Both the position numbers and the translations under genes were made by a program. Source: Candidatus Bathyarchaeota archaeon (GTDB taxonomy: Archaea > Thermoproteota > Bathyarchaeia > Bathyarchaeales > Bathycorpusculaceae). From it: a stretch of DNA of 64,000 bases. The notes below the pieces were generated by a model that saw only the letters and a program-made list of their open reading frames with translations, did no database searches and was not told where the DNA came from. Positions 10,941 through 21,872 of the stretch are shown piece after piece. Position 1 is the stretch's first letter. Every line of letters starts with the position of its first letter. The stretch covers positions 2,688,001 to 2,752,000 of the forward strand of contig OY970340.1 of the NCBI GenBank assembly GCA_963717465.1. The letters run 5' to 3'.

Positions 10941-11277
10941 GCTGTATTCCTCTTTGCAATGCTGATTATCATGCTAATAAAAAAGTATTTCGTTCCAAGT
11001 TAGAAATTTTACATGTTAAAAGCCTTATTTGTGAATTTTTTTTAATAAACTGTTAAGTGGGGGCTAATTCAAGCCATTCAGGTTGGTTGCAAAGCAAACT
11101 CTTGGTTCAACTATTAGTTAACCCAAAACTAAAGTTTAACACATAGAAGCTAAGCTATCAAGCAAACAAATTTCAAATTCGCCAAAAACACATGAAATAA
11201 TCAATCAAGACACCCATTGCCTAAAATTAAGTCTAGAAACATTTTAATGCCCATAGCAACTTAAATAAAATAGAGGA

Positions 11278-11520
11278 ATGATAATGCCCACGGCATTTGT
11301 ATTAATAAATACAGAAATTGGATCGGAATCAGATGTTTTGAAAGACCTAAAAAAAGTTGAGGGCGTTGAAGAAGCTTCAGCAGTTTACGGAGTTTACGAT
11401 ATAGTGGCAAGAGTAAAAGCCGACACAATGGATAAATTAAAAGAAATAGTAACTTGGCGCATCAGAAGACTTGACAAGGTCAGGTCAACGCTAACTATGA
11501 TAGTTGTAGAAGAACGCTAA
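11278..11520 (+). CDS. Stand-alone Lrp/AsnC ligand-binding (RAM) domain protein
   Basis: AFVLIN...VYGVYDIVARV...IRRLDKVRSTLT; no HTH. Confidence 0.9.
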   Translation: MIMPTAFVLINTEIGSESDVLKDLKKVEGVEEASAVYGVYDIVARVKADTMDKLKEIVTWRIRRLDKVRSTLTMIVVEER

Positions 11521-11824
11521 AATCTCACTCCTTACATTTTATCTAAAAAATACAATGTGATTGTATTGATACAGTCACATAATTTTAAATTAATTTAAAA
11601 ACCAATAAATCGTTATTCGCAAAAGTAGGGGAAGGCAAGAATTATGAAAGAATCGCTTTGCAGGAGAACATTAAATATGAAAAAACCTACTGAAAGCGGA
11701 TGCGATGATTTTTTAAGAGGTTGGAAAAAGAGGTTTGGATTCAAACGATTTTTAGTTCCTTCCTTAAGCCATCCAAGAGCCAAACCTCTAAAACCAACCG
11801 TCAGCTTTTAACGCCGAGGGAGAA

Positions 11825-12121
11825 ATGAAGAAGATGCCAAATGCATTTGTCCTTTTAACAACAGAGATTGGAGCAGAAAATCAAGTTTCTAGTGATCTAA
11901 GAAAGATTGAGGAGGTTGAAGAAGTCTACAGTTTATGGGGTGTTTACGATGTTATTGCTCACGTTAAAGCAGAAAGTATGAGTAAACTCAAGCAAGTGAT
12001 CACTAACAAAATCGAAAAAATAGATAAAATAAACTCGAAATTAACGATGATAATTACAGAAAAAAACAAGACTAATCTTCAAGAGCACTTGATTTTCGAA
12101 GAAAAGTCAATCTTAATGTAA
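11825..12121 (+). CDS. Stand-alone Lrp/AsnC ligand-binding domain protein, paralog
   Basis: AFVLLTTEIG...LWGVYDVIAHV; colinear with the preceding gene; GGGAG RBS. Confidence 0.85.
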   Translation: MKKMPNAFVLLTTEIGAENQVSSDLRKIEEVEEVYSLWGVYDVIAHVKAESMSKLKQVITNKIEKIDKINSKLTMIITEKNKTNLQEHLIFEEKSILM

Positions 12122-12196
12122 GTCTTTTTTGTTCATAAAGTAGGCAAAATTTTTTAACTTTCCAGATTAGTTGATGATTAATCTGGAGAACCTGTA

Positions 12197-13540
12197 TTGC
12201 AGAACCAAGATGTCATGCATATCGGATTAGATGATACTGATTCCACAAAAGGTGGATGTACAACTTATATTGCGTGCCTTCTTGTTGAGAAACTGGAGAA
12301 ATTTAACGTTCAATTTATTGATTATCCAGGATTAATTAGGCTTAATCCAAATGTGCCTTGGAAAACAAGAGGAAATGGCGCTTTAAACTTAAGGTTTAAG
12401 TTTAATCCAGAATTTGAAGATAAAATAAAAAATGCTGCAATAGCCCTTTTGGAGAAACATGCAGAGCTTTCGAACAAAGGAACTGATCCTGGAATTGTAT
12501 TTCTTAAAAGGCTGGAAGTCCCAGTCGAAATAAAAGAGTTTACTTGGAAAGCAGAAAAGCAAATTGTTACTTTAAGCGAAGCCTTAAAGCTAATCAAGAA
12601 ATTCAACGGTGAAGCTTTAGGGTACAATACTTGCAGAGGAATAATTGGTGCATTATCAGCAATCGGCGAAACCTTAACGGAAGATTACACTTATGAGTTA
12701 ATAGCTTACCGTAAACCGGAGAATTTCGGTTCAAAACGGATGGTTGACAAAAAATCAGTTTTCGAAATGGACCAGCAAACTCAACCGTACACATTTAACA
12801 ACGTTGATTATGAAAAACGGCGAATAATAATTACTCCACGTGGACCTGACCCAATCCTTTTTGGTATTCGAGGCGAAACAGCAGAGATCGTTATGAAGGC
12901 TTATGGCCTAATCAAGTCATTTGAGCCTGTTGATCGATGGATGATTTTTCGCTCTAACCAAGGTACTGACATGCATCTTACAAATGCAGGCATGTTAAGT
13001 CCATTGGAACCGTACAGTTCAGTCATAGTGAAAGGAGTGGTTTCAGAGAGCCCAAGAATCGTTCCAGTCAGGCACGCGATTTTCCAGCTTAAAGATAGTT
13101 CAGCCCAAGTTGACTGTGCAGCCTTTGAACCTACTGGTGATTTGCGGAAAGTCGCAATGGAACTTATGGTTGGCGATGAAATTGAAGCTTACGGCGCAGT
13201 TCGCAAGCGGGTTAATGGCAAGCCTTTAACGATTAATCTTGAGAAAATAAACGTGCTGAAGCTTGCACCTAAAACAGTCTTGGAAAATCCAGTCTGCCCC
13301 ACCTGTGGAAAGCATTTGAAATCAATGGGTAAGAATCAAGGTTTCAGATGCGAAAGATGCAGCAAGAAATATCCACAAATCCAGAAGAAAGCTTTACCAA
13401 TCAAAAGAGAATTGCAGACGGGATTGTATTTGACTTCTGTTCGTTCTCAAAGGCATTTAACTAAACCGTTGAGGCGCTATGGACAAGAAAAGCGTGAAGT
13501 TGAAGCAAAAAGCATGATTGAAAAATGGCATTTCCCTTAA
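12197..13540 (+). CDS. tiaS: tRNA(Ile2) agmatinylcytidine synthetase
   Basis: IGLDDTDS..GGCTT, LIRLNPNVPWKTRGNGA, GPDPILFGIRG, NQGTD, OB fold, C-terminal Zn ribbon. Confidence 0.95.
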   Translation: MQNQDVMHIGLDDTDSTKGGCTTYIACLLVEKLEKFNVQFIDYPGLIRLNPNVPWKTRGNGALNLRFKFNPEFEDKIKNAAIALLEKHAELSNKGTDPGIVFLKRLEVPVEIKEFTWKAEKQIVTLSEALKLIKKFNGEALGYNTCRGIIGALSAIGETLTEDYTYELIAYRKPENFGSKRMVDKKSVFEMDQQTQPYTFNNVDYEKRRIIITPRGPDPILFGIRGETAEIVMKAYGLIKSFEPVDRWMIFRSNQGTDMHLTNAGMLSPLEPYSSVIVKGVVSESPRIVPVRHAIFQLKDSSAQVDCAAFEPTGDLRKVAMELMVGDEIEAYGAVRKRVNGKPLTINLEKINVLKLAPKTVLENPVCPTCGKHLKSMGKNQGFRCERCSKKYPQIQKKALPIKRELQTGLYLTSVRSQRHLTKPLRRYGQEKREVEAKSMIEKWHFP

Positions 13541-13619
13541 AAGCAAGAAAGTCTTGAAATGCTTTAAATTTGTGAAATCCATAAGCCATTTTAAACTTAC
13601 ATTAAATGAAGGCACCGTC

Positions 13620-16434
13620 ATGGTTGAGAAACGGTTCGCGGCAGAGGAATATGCACTTCCATTCTTTAAGCAAGAAGGTTTCCAAAGAAAGCTTTGCCCA
13701 AAATGCCACGAGCACTTTTGGACGCAAGACCCAAAGATGGAAACTTGCGGTGAATCCAGTTCAGATGAATGCGGCTGGTACAGTTTTATCGGTAACCCCG
13801 CTACTAAAAAAAAGTACAGTCTTTCACAGATGCGTGAAGCTTTCTTATCTTTCTTTGAGAAGAACGGTCATATGAGGATTAAGCCTTATCCGGTTGTTGC
13901 CCGTTGGAGAAGTGACATTTACTTAACTCATGCAAGTATTATTGATTTTCAGCCGTATGTAACTGAGGGAATTTCTCCGCCGCCTGCTAATCCGCTGGTT
14001 ATTTCTCAACCGTGCATTCGACTTACTGATATTTCTAATACTGGTCCAACTTTTGGAAGGCACTTAACCATCTTTGAGATGGGTGGTGCCCACGCCTTTA
14101 ATTATCCTGACAAAGAAATTTACTGGAAAGACCAAACTGTGCGGTACCATCATCAGTTCGCAACTGAAGTTTTAGGAATAAGGTCTGATGAGGTCGTTTA
14201 CAAGGAAGATGTTTGGGTGGGTGGCGGAAATGCTGGTCCAGACGTAGAATGCATCGTTCGCGGAATCGAGGTTGGAACCTTGGTTTTTATGCAGTACAAG
14301 GTCGTCGGCGAAGAATTCGTAAAGTTACCAATTCAGAACAGTTGACACTGGTTATGGAATTGACAGGTTTGCATGGATCAGTCAGGGTTCGTCAAGCTTG
14401 TTCCAAGCAATATACGGCGGGTTGCATGACAAAGTTTTGAGCATGGCAGGCATAACAAATGTTGATAATGAGTTCTTGTCTCGAGTAGCCAAGTACTCGG
14501 GCTTGGTAAGTGTTGACAAAAATGCGAACAGGGTAATCACGCGGAAACGGGTTTCCGAATTATGCGGAATAGACATGAAAACCCTCGATAAAGTGCTGAT
14601 TCCGATTGAGAACGCTTGGGCAGTTATTGACCACACAAAATGTCTTTGCTTTATGCTATCAGAAGGCGTGGTTCCCTCCAATATTCAGGAAGGATATTTA
14701 GCAAGACTCCTATTCCGCAGAGTCTACCGTTTAATGCGAAACCTAAACATGGATCCAGCAAAACTGTACGATATTATCGATATGCAAGTTGACTACTGGT
14801 CGAAAGATTTTCCACAGTTCAAAACAATGCAAAAAGAAATCATAGAAATGCTAAAAGTAGAAGAAGAAAAATTTGAGGACACACTTTTACGCGGAGAAGG
14901 AATGATTAAACGTATCACAAATGAACTAAAACTTAGCGGCAAAAAAGAGCTGCCCGAAACGACTTTATCAGAATTATACGATTCTCATGGTCTTCCACCC
15001 GAAATTGTTAAGCAAGCAGCAGAAAAAGAAGGCGTTAAAGTTGATGTCCCTGAAAACTTTTATGCCTTAGTCGCAAAACGCCACATGCAGGCAAGCAAAC
15101 CTGTTGAAGAGGAAGAAGCTAAAGCTGAAGATAAACTGGAACATGAAGCTGAAAAGCTTGCGGCTACAGAAATGCTCTATTACTCAAATGCTTACCTCAA
15201 AGAGTTCGACGCAAAAGTTCTTAAAATCATAAATGAGCGCTACGTTGTTTTGGATAAAACATGCTTTTATCCAGAGGGCGGTGGGCAACCTGCTGATCAC
15301 GGTTTCCTGGTTTATGGCGATTCGAAGGTCGAGGTTGTAGATACTCAGAAGATCGGCAAAGTGATAGTGCACAAAATTAACGCTTCACCATCCTTTAAGG
15401 AAGGCTTCACAGTCAAGGGCATTTTGGATTGGGATAGGCGCTATTCACTTATGAAAGCTCATACAGGCACGCATCTTGTTAATGGCGCAGCAAGAAGGGT
15501 GCTAGGCGAGCATGTTTGGCAATCTGGTACACAAAAGGGATTGGAAACGTCAAGGTTGGATATCTCTCATTTTCGAAGGTTATCACAAAAAGAAATTCAT
15601 ACGATTGAAATGTTGGCAAATCAGGCTATCGGCGCTGGTATGCCTATTGTGATTAAGTGGTACCCAAGGAATGAGGCAGAATCAAAGTATGGTTTTAGAC
15701 TTTATCAGGGTGGAGCCGTGCCAGGAAAGGATATTCGCGTCGTGAAAACTGGCAATTGGGATGTGGAAGCTTGCGCAGGAACACATTTGAAAAATACAAG
15801 TGAAGTGGGCTTCATAAAAATTGTTTACACGGAAAGAGTGCAGGATGGCGTAGAACGGCTTGGCTACGCTGTTGGACTCGAAGCAATAAAAGCAATTCAG
15901 AATCAAGAAAGTCTATTATGGAACGTCGCTGGAATCTTAAGCGCACCTCTGGATAAGCTGGACAAGACAGCTGAGAAATTAATGAAGGAGCTAAAAGAAT
16001 CAAGAAATGAAAACAAACGACTTGTAAAAGAAATAGCAGAAAAAGAAAGCGAAACAGTGGATAAGACAAAATCTGGTGAGCAAGCAGTGGAGGTTGCGGG
16101 GGTTTCGTTGGTCAAGCGTGACTTCGGCGAAGTAATCGACGTTAATCGGATGGTGCAGACCGCGAGCGAAATCATAAAACGCAATCAAGCCACAGTCGCA
16201 ATATTCCATGGATCAGATGGAAAAACAGGCAGAATCATGATAATGGCTGGAGAAACAGCCGTATCCAAAGGAGTGGACGCGAACAAAATAATCAAAGAAG
16301 TATCACCTATAATTAACGGCGGTGGCGGAGGAAGACAAAATTTCGCTCAAGGTGGAGGAACAAAACCAGAAAATCTGCAGCAAGCAATTGTAGCAGCGGA
16401 ACAAGCCATTAAAAGACAGTTAATGAAACACTAG
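13620..16434 (+). CDS. alaS: Alanyl-tRNA synthetase, archaeal type (frameshift near 14340)
   Basis: YPVVARWR, QPCIR, GRHLTIFEMG; DTGYG in shifted frame; FYPEGGGQP, HTGTH editing motif, GGGGR. Confidence 0.95.
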
Positions 16435-16574
16435 TTTTATGCTTATAGAGTAATGGTGAGAGACATTATCGCTTCTTTGTCATAATTAGAAAAAGAATAC
16501 TTCTTAGGCTAATGTAATAGTCATTATGCGAATATGTTTGAGAAATTTAAAAAAAATAAGAAGAATATGTTCAA

Positions 16575-17381
16575 TTAATTTGTCACATTCGTCTTTGGAG
16601 GCAATTCATTTGAAAGAATATTTTCTTTTCGCCAAAGCCACGGTGTTCCGCTCAGGGCCTTCATTAGAGGAACCGCGATCACTGTTGCTAGCGCTGCTTG
16701 AACCAATCTGATTGCGGGATAAAGGAATGGGCTTGCTAGGAACGATAATTGAACATCTGCGAGTGGCATGCCAAAGATTCCGTTGTAAACAGTTGGCAAC
16801 GCGAAGATAAAGTTTCCAAACGTGTTGTCTGCTTGATTTCCAATGAATGCCAAAAGAAAGAAGAAAATTGTTCCATATCCAACTGACAGCTTTTTCCTCA
16901 AGAACACTAACGGCAAAATCAAGAGTAACGCAGCTATCTTGTCGAATAAAGCAGCCAATGCAATATACCAGTTGTCAATTGGCACATTGAAACCAATAAC
17001 AATACTTTGACCCGTCAACGGCGTGACGGGGGGAGTGAATAAAAAAGCAATAATCATGACTGCTAACACAGCAAAACCCCATTTCCATTTTTTATAAAAT
17101 ATTAAACCTGATACTAGCGCATTAAACATTGGCGCTAATATGAAGGGCAATCCGTAAGGAGACATTCCTGTGAGAGCCCATGCGATTGATGAGCCTAAAA
17201 GAGCCGCTGCAGCACCTAAGTACGGTCCTAAAACTAGTCCAAATATCGTGGCAATTAATGCGCTGAGGCTAATGGTTAATGGACCTACAGTTGTTGGGAT
17301 GTTAATGGGTGCTACCAAAGCTAGCACGTAGAATAAAGCTGCAAATATTGCTACTAAAGCTATTTGTCTTGTCTGTATCAT
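16575..17381 (-). CDS. ECF-type transporter substrate-binding (S) component
   Basis: TRQIALVAIFAAL N-terminus, GLVLGPYLGAAAALLG, multiple TM helices. Confidence 0.75.
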   Translation of the reverse strand: MIQTRQIALVAIFAALFYVLALVAPINIPTTVGPLTISLSALIATIFGLVLGPYLGAAAALLGSSIAWALTGMSPYGLPFILAPMFNALVSGLIFYKKWKWGFAVLAVMIIAFLFTPPVTPLTGQSIVIGFNVPIDNWYIALAALFDKIAALLLILPLVFLRKKLSVGYGTIFFFLLAFIGNQADNTFGNFIFALPTVYNGIFGMPLADVQLSFLASPFLYPAIRLVQAALATVIAVPLMKALSGTPWLWRKENILSNELPPKTNVTN

Positions 17382-17424
17382 TTTTGTGCACTCCCTCTTG
17401 TCTGTATCATTTTTGTGCACTCCC
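17367..17424. repeat. Exact 29-bp tandem duplication over RBS and start codon
   Basis: TCTTGTCTGTATCATTTTTGTGCACTCCC at 17367-17395 and 17396-17424. Confidence 0.95.
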
Positions 17425-17581
17425 ATGTAAGTTTTTTCATCGAAGTGTAATTTTTTACATAACGTTTAGGTATAAAAACATTTTCCATGTTCATTTCACA
17501 TAATTGTCAAGAATCAAACCCTAACAATTATTACTAACTCCACAGTCTAAAACTATCCACTTATGGTAGAAGGCTGAAAAA

Positions 17582-19139
17582 TTGAATGTTCTGTTAATCA
17601 CAGGTTTACTTGCTAAAGATGTTGTTAAACAATATGCCAAACAAAGCAACGTAAAAACAGATGTTGTTGCTTTAAAAATTCCTGTTGCAGCACTACTTAC
17701 TCCTGAAGTAATAAGTAAAAACCTTGAAAACATGAAAGTAAGCGGCTACGATATGATTTTGACCCCAGGATTAATTTTAGGAGATACATCAGTTATTTCT
17801 AACACCATTAAAATTCCAGCTTTTAAAGGGCCAAAATATGCTGCTGATTTACCAACCGTTCTAGATTCGCTTGGTGAACTTGAGCTTTCGACAACTGTGC
17901 CAGCATGCGATTTACTGAAAGAAAAACTAGCACAAAAAGCCCTGCAAGAGCTTGAGAAAGTAGAACAAAACAGAAATGCCCTACTAAAAAGACCCGGGAA
18001 CGTGCTTGTTAAGGGTTTAGTAATCGGCAAGGATTTTCCAATGCGGGTTATGGCTGAAATTGTTGATGCAGCCGTGATGGAAGATAGTGAAATTCAACGC
18101 TTAGCAAAACAATACGTAAAGTCTGGAGCAAACATTATTGATGTTGGAATGCTCGCGGGTACAAGCAGACCTAAAGATGCTAAGCGCGCTATCGAAGCAG
18201 TCAAAGCCGTTGTTGACGTTCCAGTGAGCATCGATTCGCTTGATCCAGAAGAGATAAAAGCAGCTGTCGTAGCTGAAGCTGACATTATACTAAGCGCAGA
18301 CGCAGGCAATCTTGATAAAATCGCGCCGTTTGCAGCAAACGTTCCAGTAATTGTTATACCAACAAATCAGCAAAAGGGATATTTCCCTAAAAAAGCCCAA
18401 ACACGAGTAAAAGTGCTTGAAAACCTTATTAAGAAGGCTCAAAAATTAGGATTCACAAAAATTATTGGCGATTTGATTCTTGACCCTTCAAACGTTCTGG
18501 ATTCGTTTGCCGCATTTCGCAAATTTTCAATTAGAAATCCCAACGTGCCACTATTGATTGGAATTGCTAATGTGACAGAGCTTATGGATGCAGATTCAGT
18601 TGGGATTAATGCTTTGCTTTCACGCTTATCCTCTGAAGTTGATGCAAACATTTTGCTGGTAACTGAAAAAAGCCCTAAAACAAAAGGCACCATAAAGGAA
18701 GCTTCAACCGCTTCTAAGATGATGTTTTTGGCAAAGAAACGCAATTCTGTTCCAAAGGACCTTGGATTAGATTTAATTGTGTTTAAAGATAAGCAGTCAC
18801 TGGAAGAACCTTATCGGGAAGATTTTGAAGAAAAAACAAAAATTGTAATTGCAGAATGAACCTAAAACGGCTGAGTTGGATCCAAGTGGATTGTTCAAAA
18901 TAGCGCTTGATCGTGAAGAAACAAATATTGTTGTGTTGCATTATGAAGCGGCAATGGATAGCCCTTGTAAAATTATAAAGGGCAAAACTGCTGAAAGCGT
19001 GTATGTTAAGATTTTTGAGTTGGGTTTAGTCTCCCGTTTAGATCATGCTGCTTATTTAGGAAGAGAGTTAGCGAAAGCTGAAATTTGCCTGAAAACGGGA
19101 AAAGACTACATTCAAGATTCGCACTTATTCAAAGAATAA
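17582..19139 (+). CDS. Dihydropteroate synthase-like protein with DUF4346-like C-terminal domain (frameshift near 18855)
   Basis: VLLITGLLA, KGPKYAADLP, pterin-binding barrel (IIDVG, SIDS, DLILDP, NVTELMDADSVGIN), tail LDPSGLF...SRLDHAAYLGRELAKAE. Confidence 0.85.
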
Positions 19140-19488
19140 TAATTAGGAGTTCAGCCTCAAAATTTTTTTTAAACTTTCCGATGAAAGTTTGCGTAAATTG
19201 TCCTCTTTATTTTCTAATTACAATTTTTTGTTTCAGTGAACTTTATTAAAATTTTTTTAGTTAATATTTTGCAAAAAAGTAGTGAACAAGTCATTTTGAC
19301 ACGTAAATGTAAAACCTAACAAAGCAAATAAAATCGCAAATAACGATAAAATAAATAACCATTTTTTAGGCTTATTTTCTTAAAAAACCTCATATTTAAG
19401 CCGATTTTTCTGGATTATCAATTAGTATTAGTTGTAAGCAAATTATAAATACAAATTGGACTTAATTGTAGCTTTTGAGGTTATAATC

Positions 19489-19539
19489 GTGGCGAAGACT
19501 GCCAAGAAAAAAGAGAAAAAGGGCGAGAAAAAGAAATAA
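19489..19539 (+). CDS. Putative 16-aa lysine-rich microprotein MAKTAKKKEKKGEKKK
   Basis: GTG start, GAGG RBS, upstream TTATAAAT, downstream hairpin and T-tract; isolated in a 590-bp intergenic region. Confidence 0.5.
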   Translation: MAKTAKKKEKKGEKKK

Positions 19540-19731
19540 ATAGCTCACATTAATTTGTGGATTTGCCCAAACTCTCATTCTTCTTTTTTTCATTTAAAAT
19601 AAGTGACTAACGCTTCTTTGTCCACTTTTGAAAAATAATTTGTTTAATCAACGGGTATCCAGTGCCTCAACAAAGCTTATATTGGAATTGCAGAAAATAT
19701 GATATTAGGGTAGATAGGATAGTTTTAGATA

Positions 19732-20580
19732 ATGACTTCTAGCAACATTTCTGTTGAAACTGAAAAGAAATTACAACTCATCAAAAACAAAACAAAAAAT
19801 ACTTCAAACCGAAAGACTAAAAATTATACCCAAAATCTAGAGCTGTTAGTTAAGAAGCAAAGGAAGCAACTGCATGAGGCAGAAAGACTTGCCGCAATCG
19901 GGCAAACCGCTGGCATGGTAGGACATGATATTCGAAACCCGTTGCAAGCAATAGTTAGTGAACTATTCTTAGTGAGAAACGAAACCAAGGAAATGCCTGA
20001 ATGCCAAGCAAAGGAAGCATTGGATGAGAGCATATTGTTTATAGAGGAACAAATTGATTACATTAACAAAATAGTTAGCGATTTACAGGATTACGCTAGA
20101 CCGTTAACACCAGAGTTAAACGAGATTAACTTTAATGAAGTAATTGAAGCATCAATTGAAACCATACCTATCCCTGAAAACGTACAAGTCATCATCCAGA
20201 CTAAGAATCAACTTGCAAAAATCAAGCTAGACCCAGCTTTACTTAAACGTATACTCGTTAACCTCTTAACAAATTCAATTCAGGCAATGCCAAAAGGCGG
20301 AAAAATAACTATAAAAGCTTATGCTGAAGCATGCAAAGAAATCATAACAGTAGAAGATACAGGTGTTGGCATTCCAAACGAAATCAAACCAAAAATCTTC
20401 CAGCCCTTAGTGACAACCAAATCAAAAGGTCAAGGACTCGGCTTAGCTGTAGCTAAACGTTTAGTCGAGGTGCAAGGTGGAAAAATCAGTTTTGAAAGTG
20501 AAAGAGGCAAAGGGACAATTTTCATTTTGGAGTTCCCGCTTAACTCGCAAGGCAGAAAATTAAGCTTACTTGATTTTTAA
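19732..20580 (+). CDS. Histidine kinase without sensor domain
   Basis: GHDIRNPL H-box, NLLTNSIQAM N-box, EDTGVGI, TTKSKGQGLGL. Confidence 0.92.
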   Translation: MTSSNISVETEKKLQLIKNKTKNTSNRKTKNYTQNLELLVKKQRKQLHEAERLAAIGQTAGMVGHDIRNPLQAIVSELFLVRNETKEMPECQAKEALDESILFIEEQIDYINKIVSDLQDYARPLTPELNEINFNEVIEASIETIPIPENVQVIIQTKNQLAKIKLDPALLKRILVNLLTNSIQAMPKGGKITIKAYAEACKEIITVEDTGVGIPNEIKPKIFQPLVTTKSKGQGLGLAVAKRLVEVQGGKISFESERGKGTIFILEFPLNSQGRKLSLLDF

Positions 20581-20692
20581 GCCAGCAATAAAATTGAAAC
20601 TGAAAAAACAAGTGAACAAATCTAACCAAGCAAGCGATAAAAAATCTTATATCTAAGTGGTTGTTTCTCTCATATTAGGAGCCGAGTTTATT

Positions 20693-21675
20693 ATGGCAGT
20701 TAAAACTACACCAGACTATATTGAATTACTTAACAAGGCAGTAGAACGCGAAATAGCAGTTTCACTGCAGTATATGCTGCAACATGCAAAAATGGAAAAA
20801 CTTATTCTGCAGAACAATCCCTGAAAACATACTTTTAGATAAGACAACTTATGATGCAGTAGGCAAGTTTCTAAGGGAAATCGCTATAATGGAAATGAAA
20901 CATGCCGCAAAGATAGTGGAACGGATATACTATCTTGGTGGCAGTGCAACAACAAAATCAGGCAACCCCGTCATCGGTGATAGCATAAGCGAATTTGCCA
21001 AGCTTGGAGTAAAAGCTGAAGAAGAGGCATTAACCTTGTACCGGACAATTATTGAGACTGCTGGAAAAATGGGCGATTGGGAAACACGCGAGGTGTTCGA
21101 GAAAATCTACAGCGAAGAAGAAGTCCACCTTTTCAAGTTTCAAGAATACACGAAATTTGAGGATGAAAAGGAAGAACCGAGCAAAGTACCTTTGCCAGAA
21201 TGGCGAAAAATATACACTAAAGACTATTTTACGTTACTTAACAAGGCTGTTTCAGCAGAAATAACAGGAATTATCCAATACACAAATCAACATGAAAAAG
21301 CCAGTTTCCTTGAGCTTCGAATGAAAAACACCGCCTTCGAAACAATAACTGAAACGAACAAAGCAGGCGTAGTAAGCGAAATACTAAAAGAAAGTATTCA
21401 TGCAAGAAATGGATCATCTAGAAAAAATAAGTGAAAGAATCTATCTACTCGAAGGCGAAGCAACTTGCAAGCCAGATCCACTTCCAGTTGTCGGAGATAC
21501 GGCAATGGATTTCCTGAAATTAGATCATGCACTTGAAAGCAGTGCAATATCGCTATACCGAGAAATTATTGCTGAAGCACTAAAACGCGGAGACACAACA
21601 ACGCGCCGAATGTTTGAAGACATAATATTGCAAGAAGAAGAGCACTTCTGGACGTTCGATGACTTCGTAAGATAA
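20693..21675 (+). CDS. Ferritin-like protein with two tandem bacterioferritin-type domains (frameshifts near 20820 and 21390)
   Basis: Repeat 1 LLNKAVEREI..LQY..QH/EMKH/EEEVH; repeat 2 LLNKAVSAEI..IQY..QH/EMDH/EEEH. Confidence 0.82.
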
Positions 21676-21872
21676 AAAAAACCAACTTTTTCCGCTTTCA
21701 AAATTTTTTCTATTTTTAAATATTGTGGATTATTCGTTACTGAAAGAATTTGCATCTATTAAGTGAGTTGAATTTTTATTGAAATCATTTATTTGTAATC
21801 TTTCCAAATGGTACTTCCGAAAGCTTAATTCGAACGTGCAAATAAATACATTTTAGCAGAGGCAAAGTAATC

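Noticed and set aside
11055..11140. Short hairpins between grpE and the Lrp gene as sRNA or heat-shock operator
   Set aside because: Stems of 4-5 bp only; no CIRCE or other recognisable motif.
13620..16434. Naturally split alaS or programmed frameshift
   Set aside because: Break falls just before the conserved DTGYG motif with no restart signal and matches the window-wide indel pattern.
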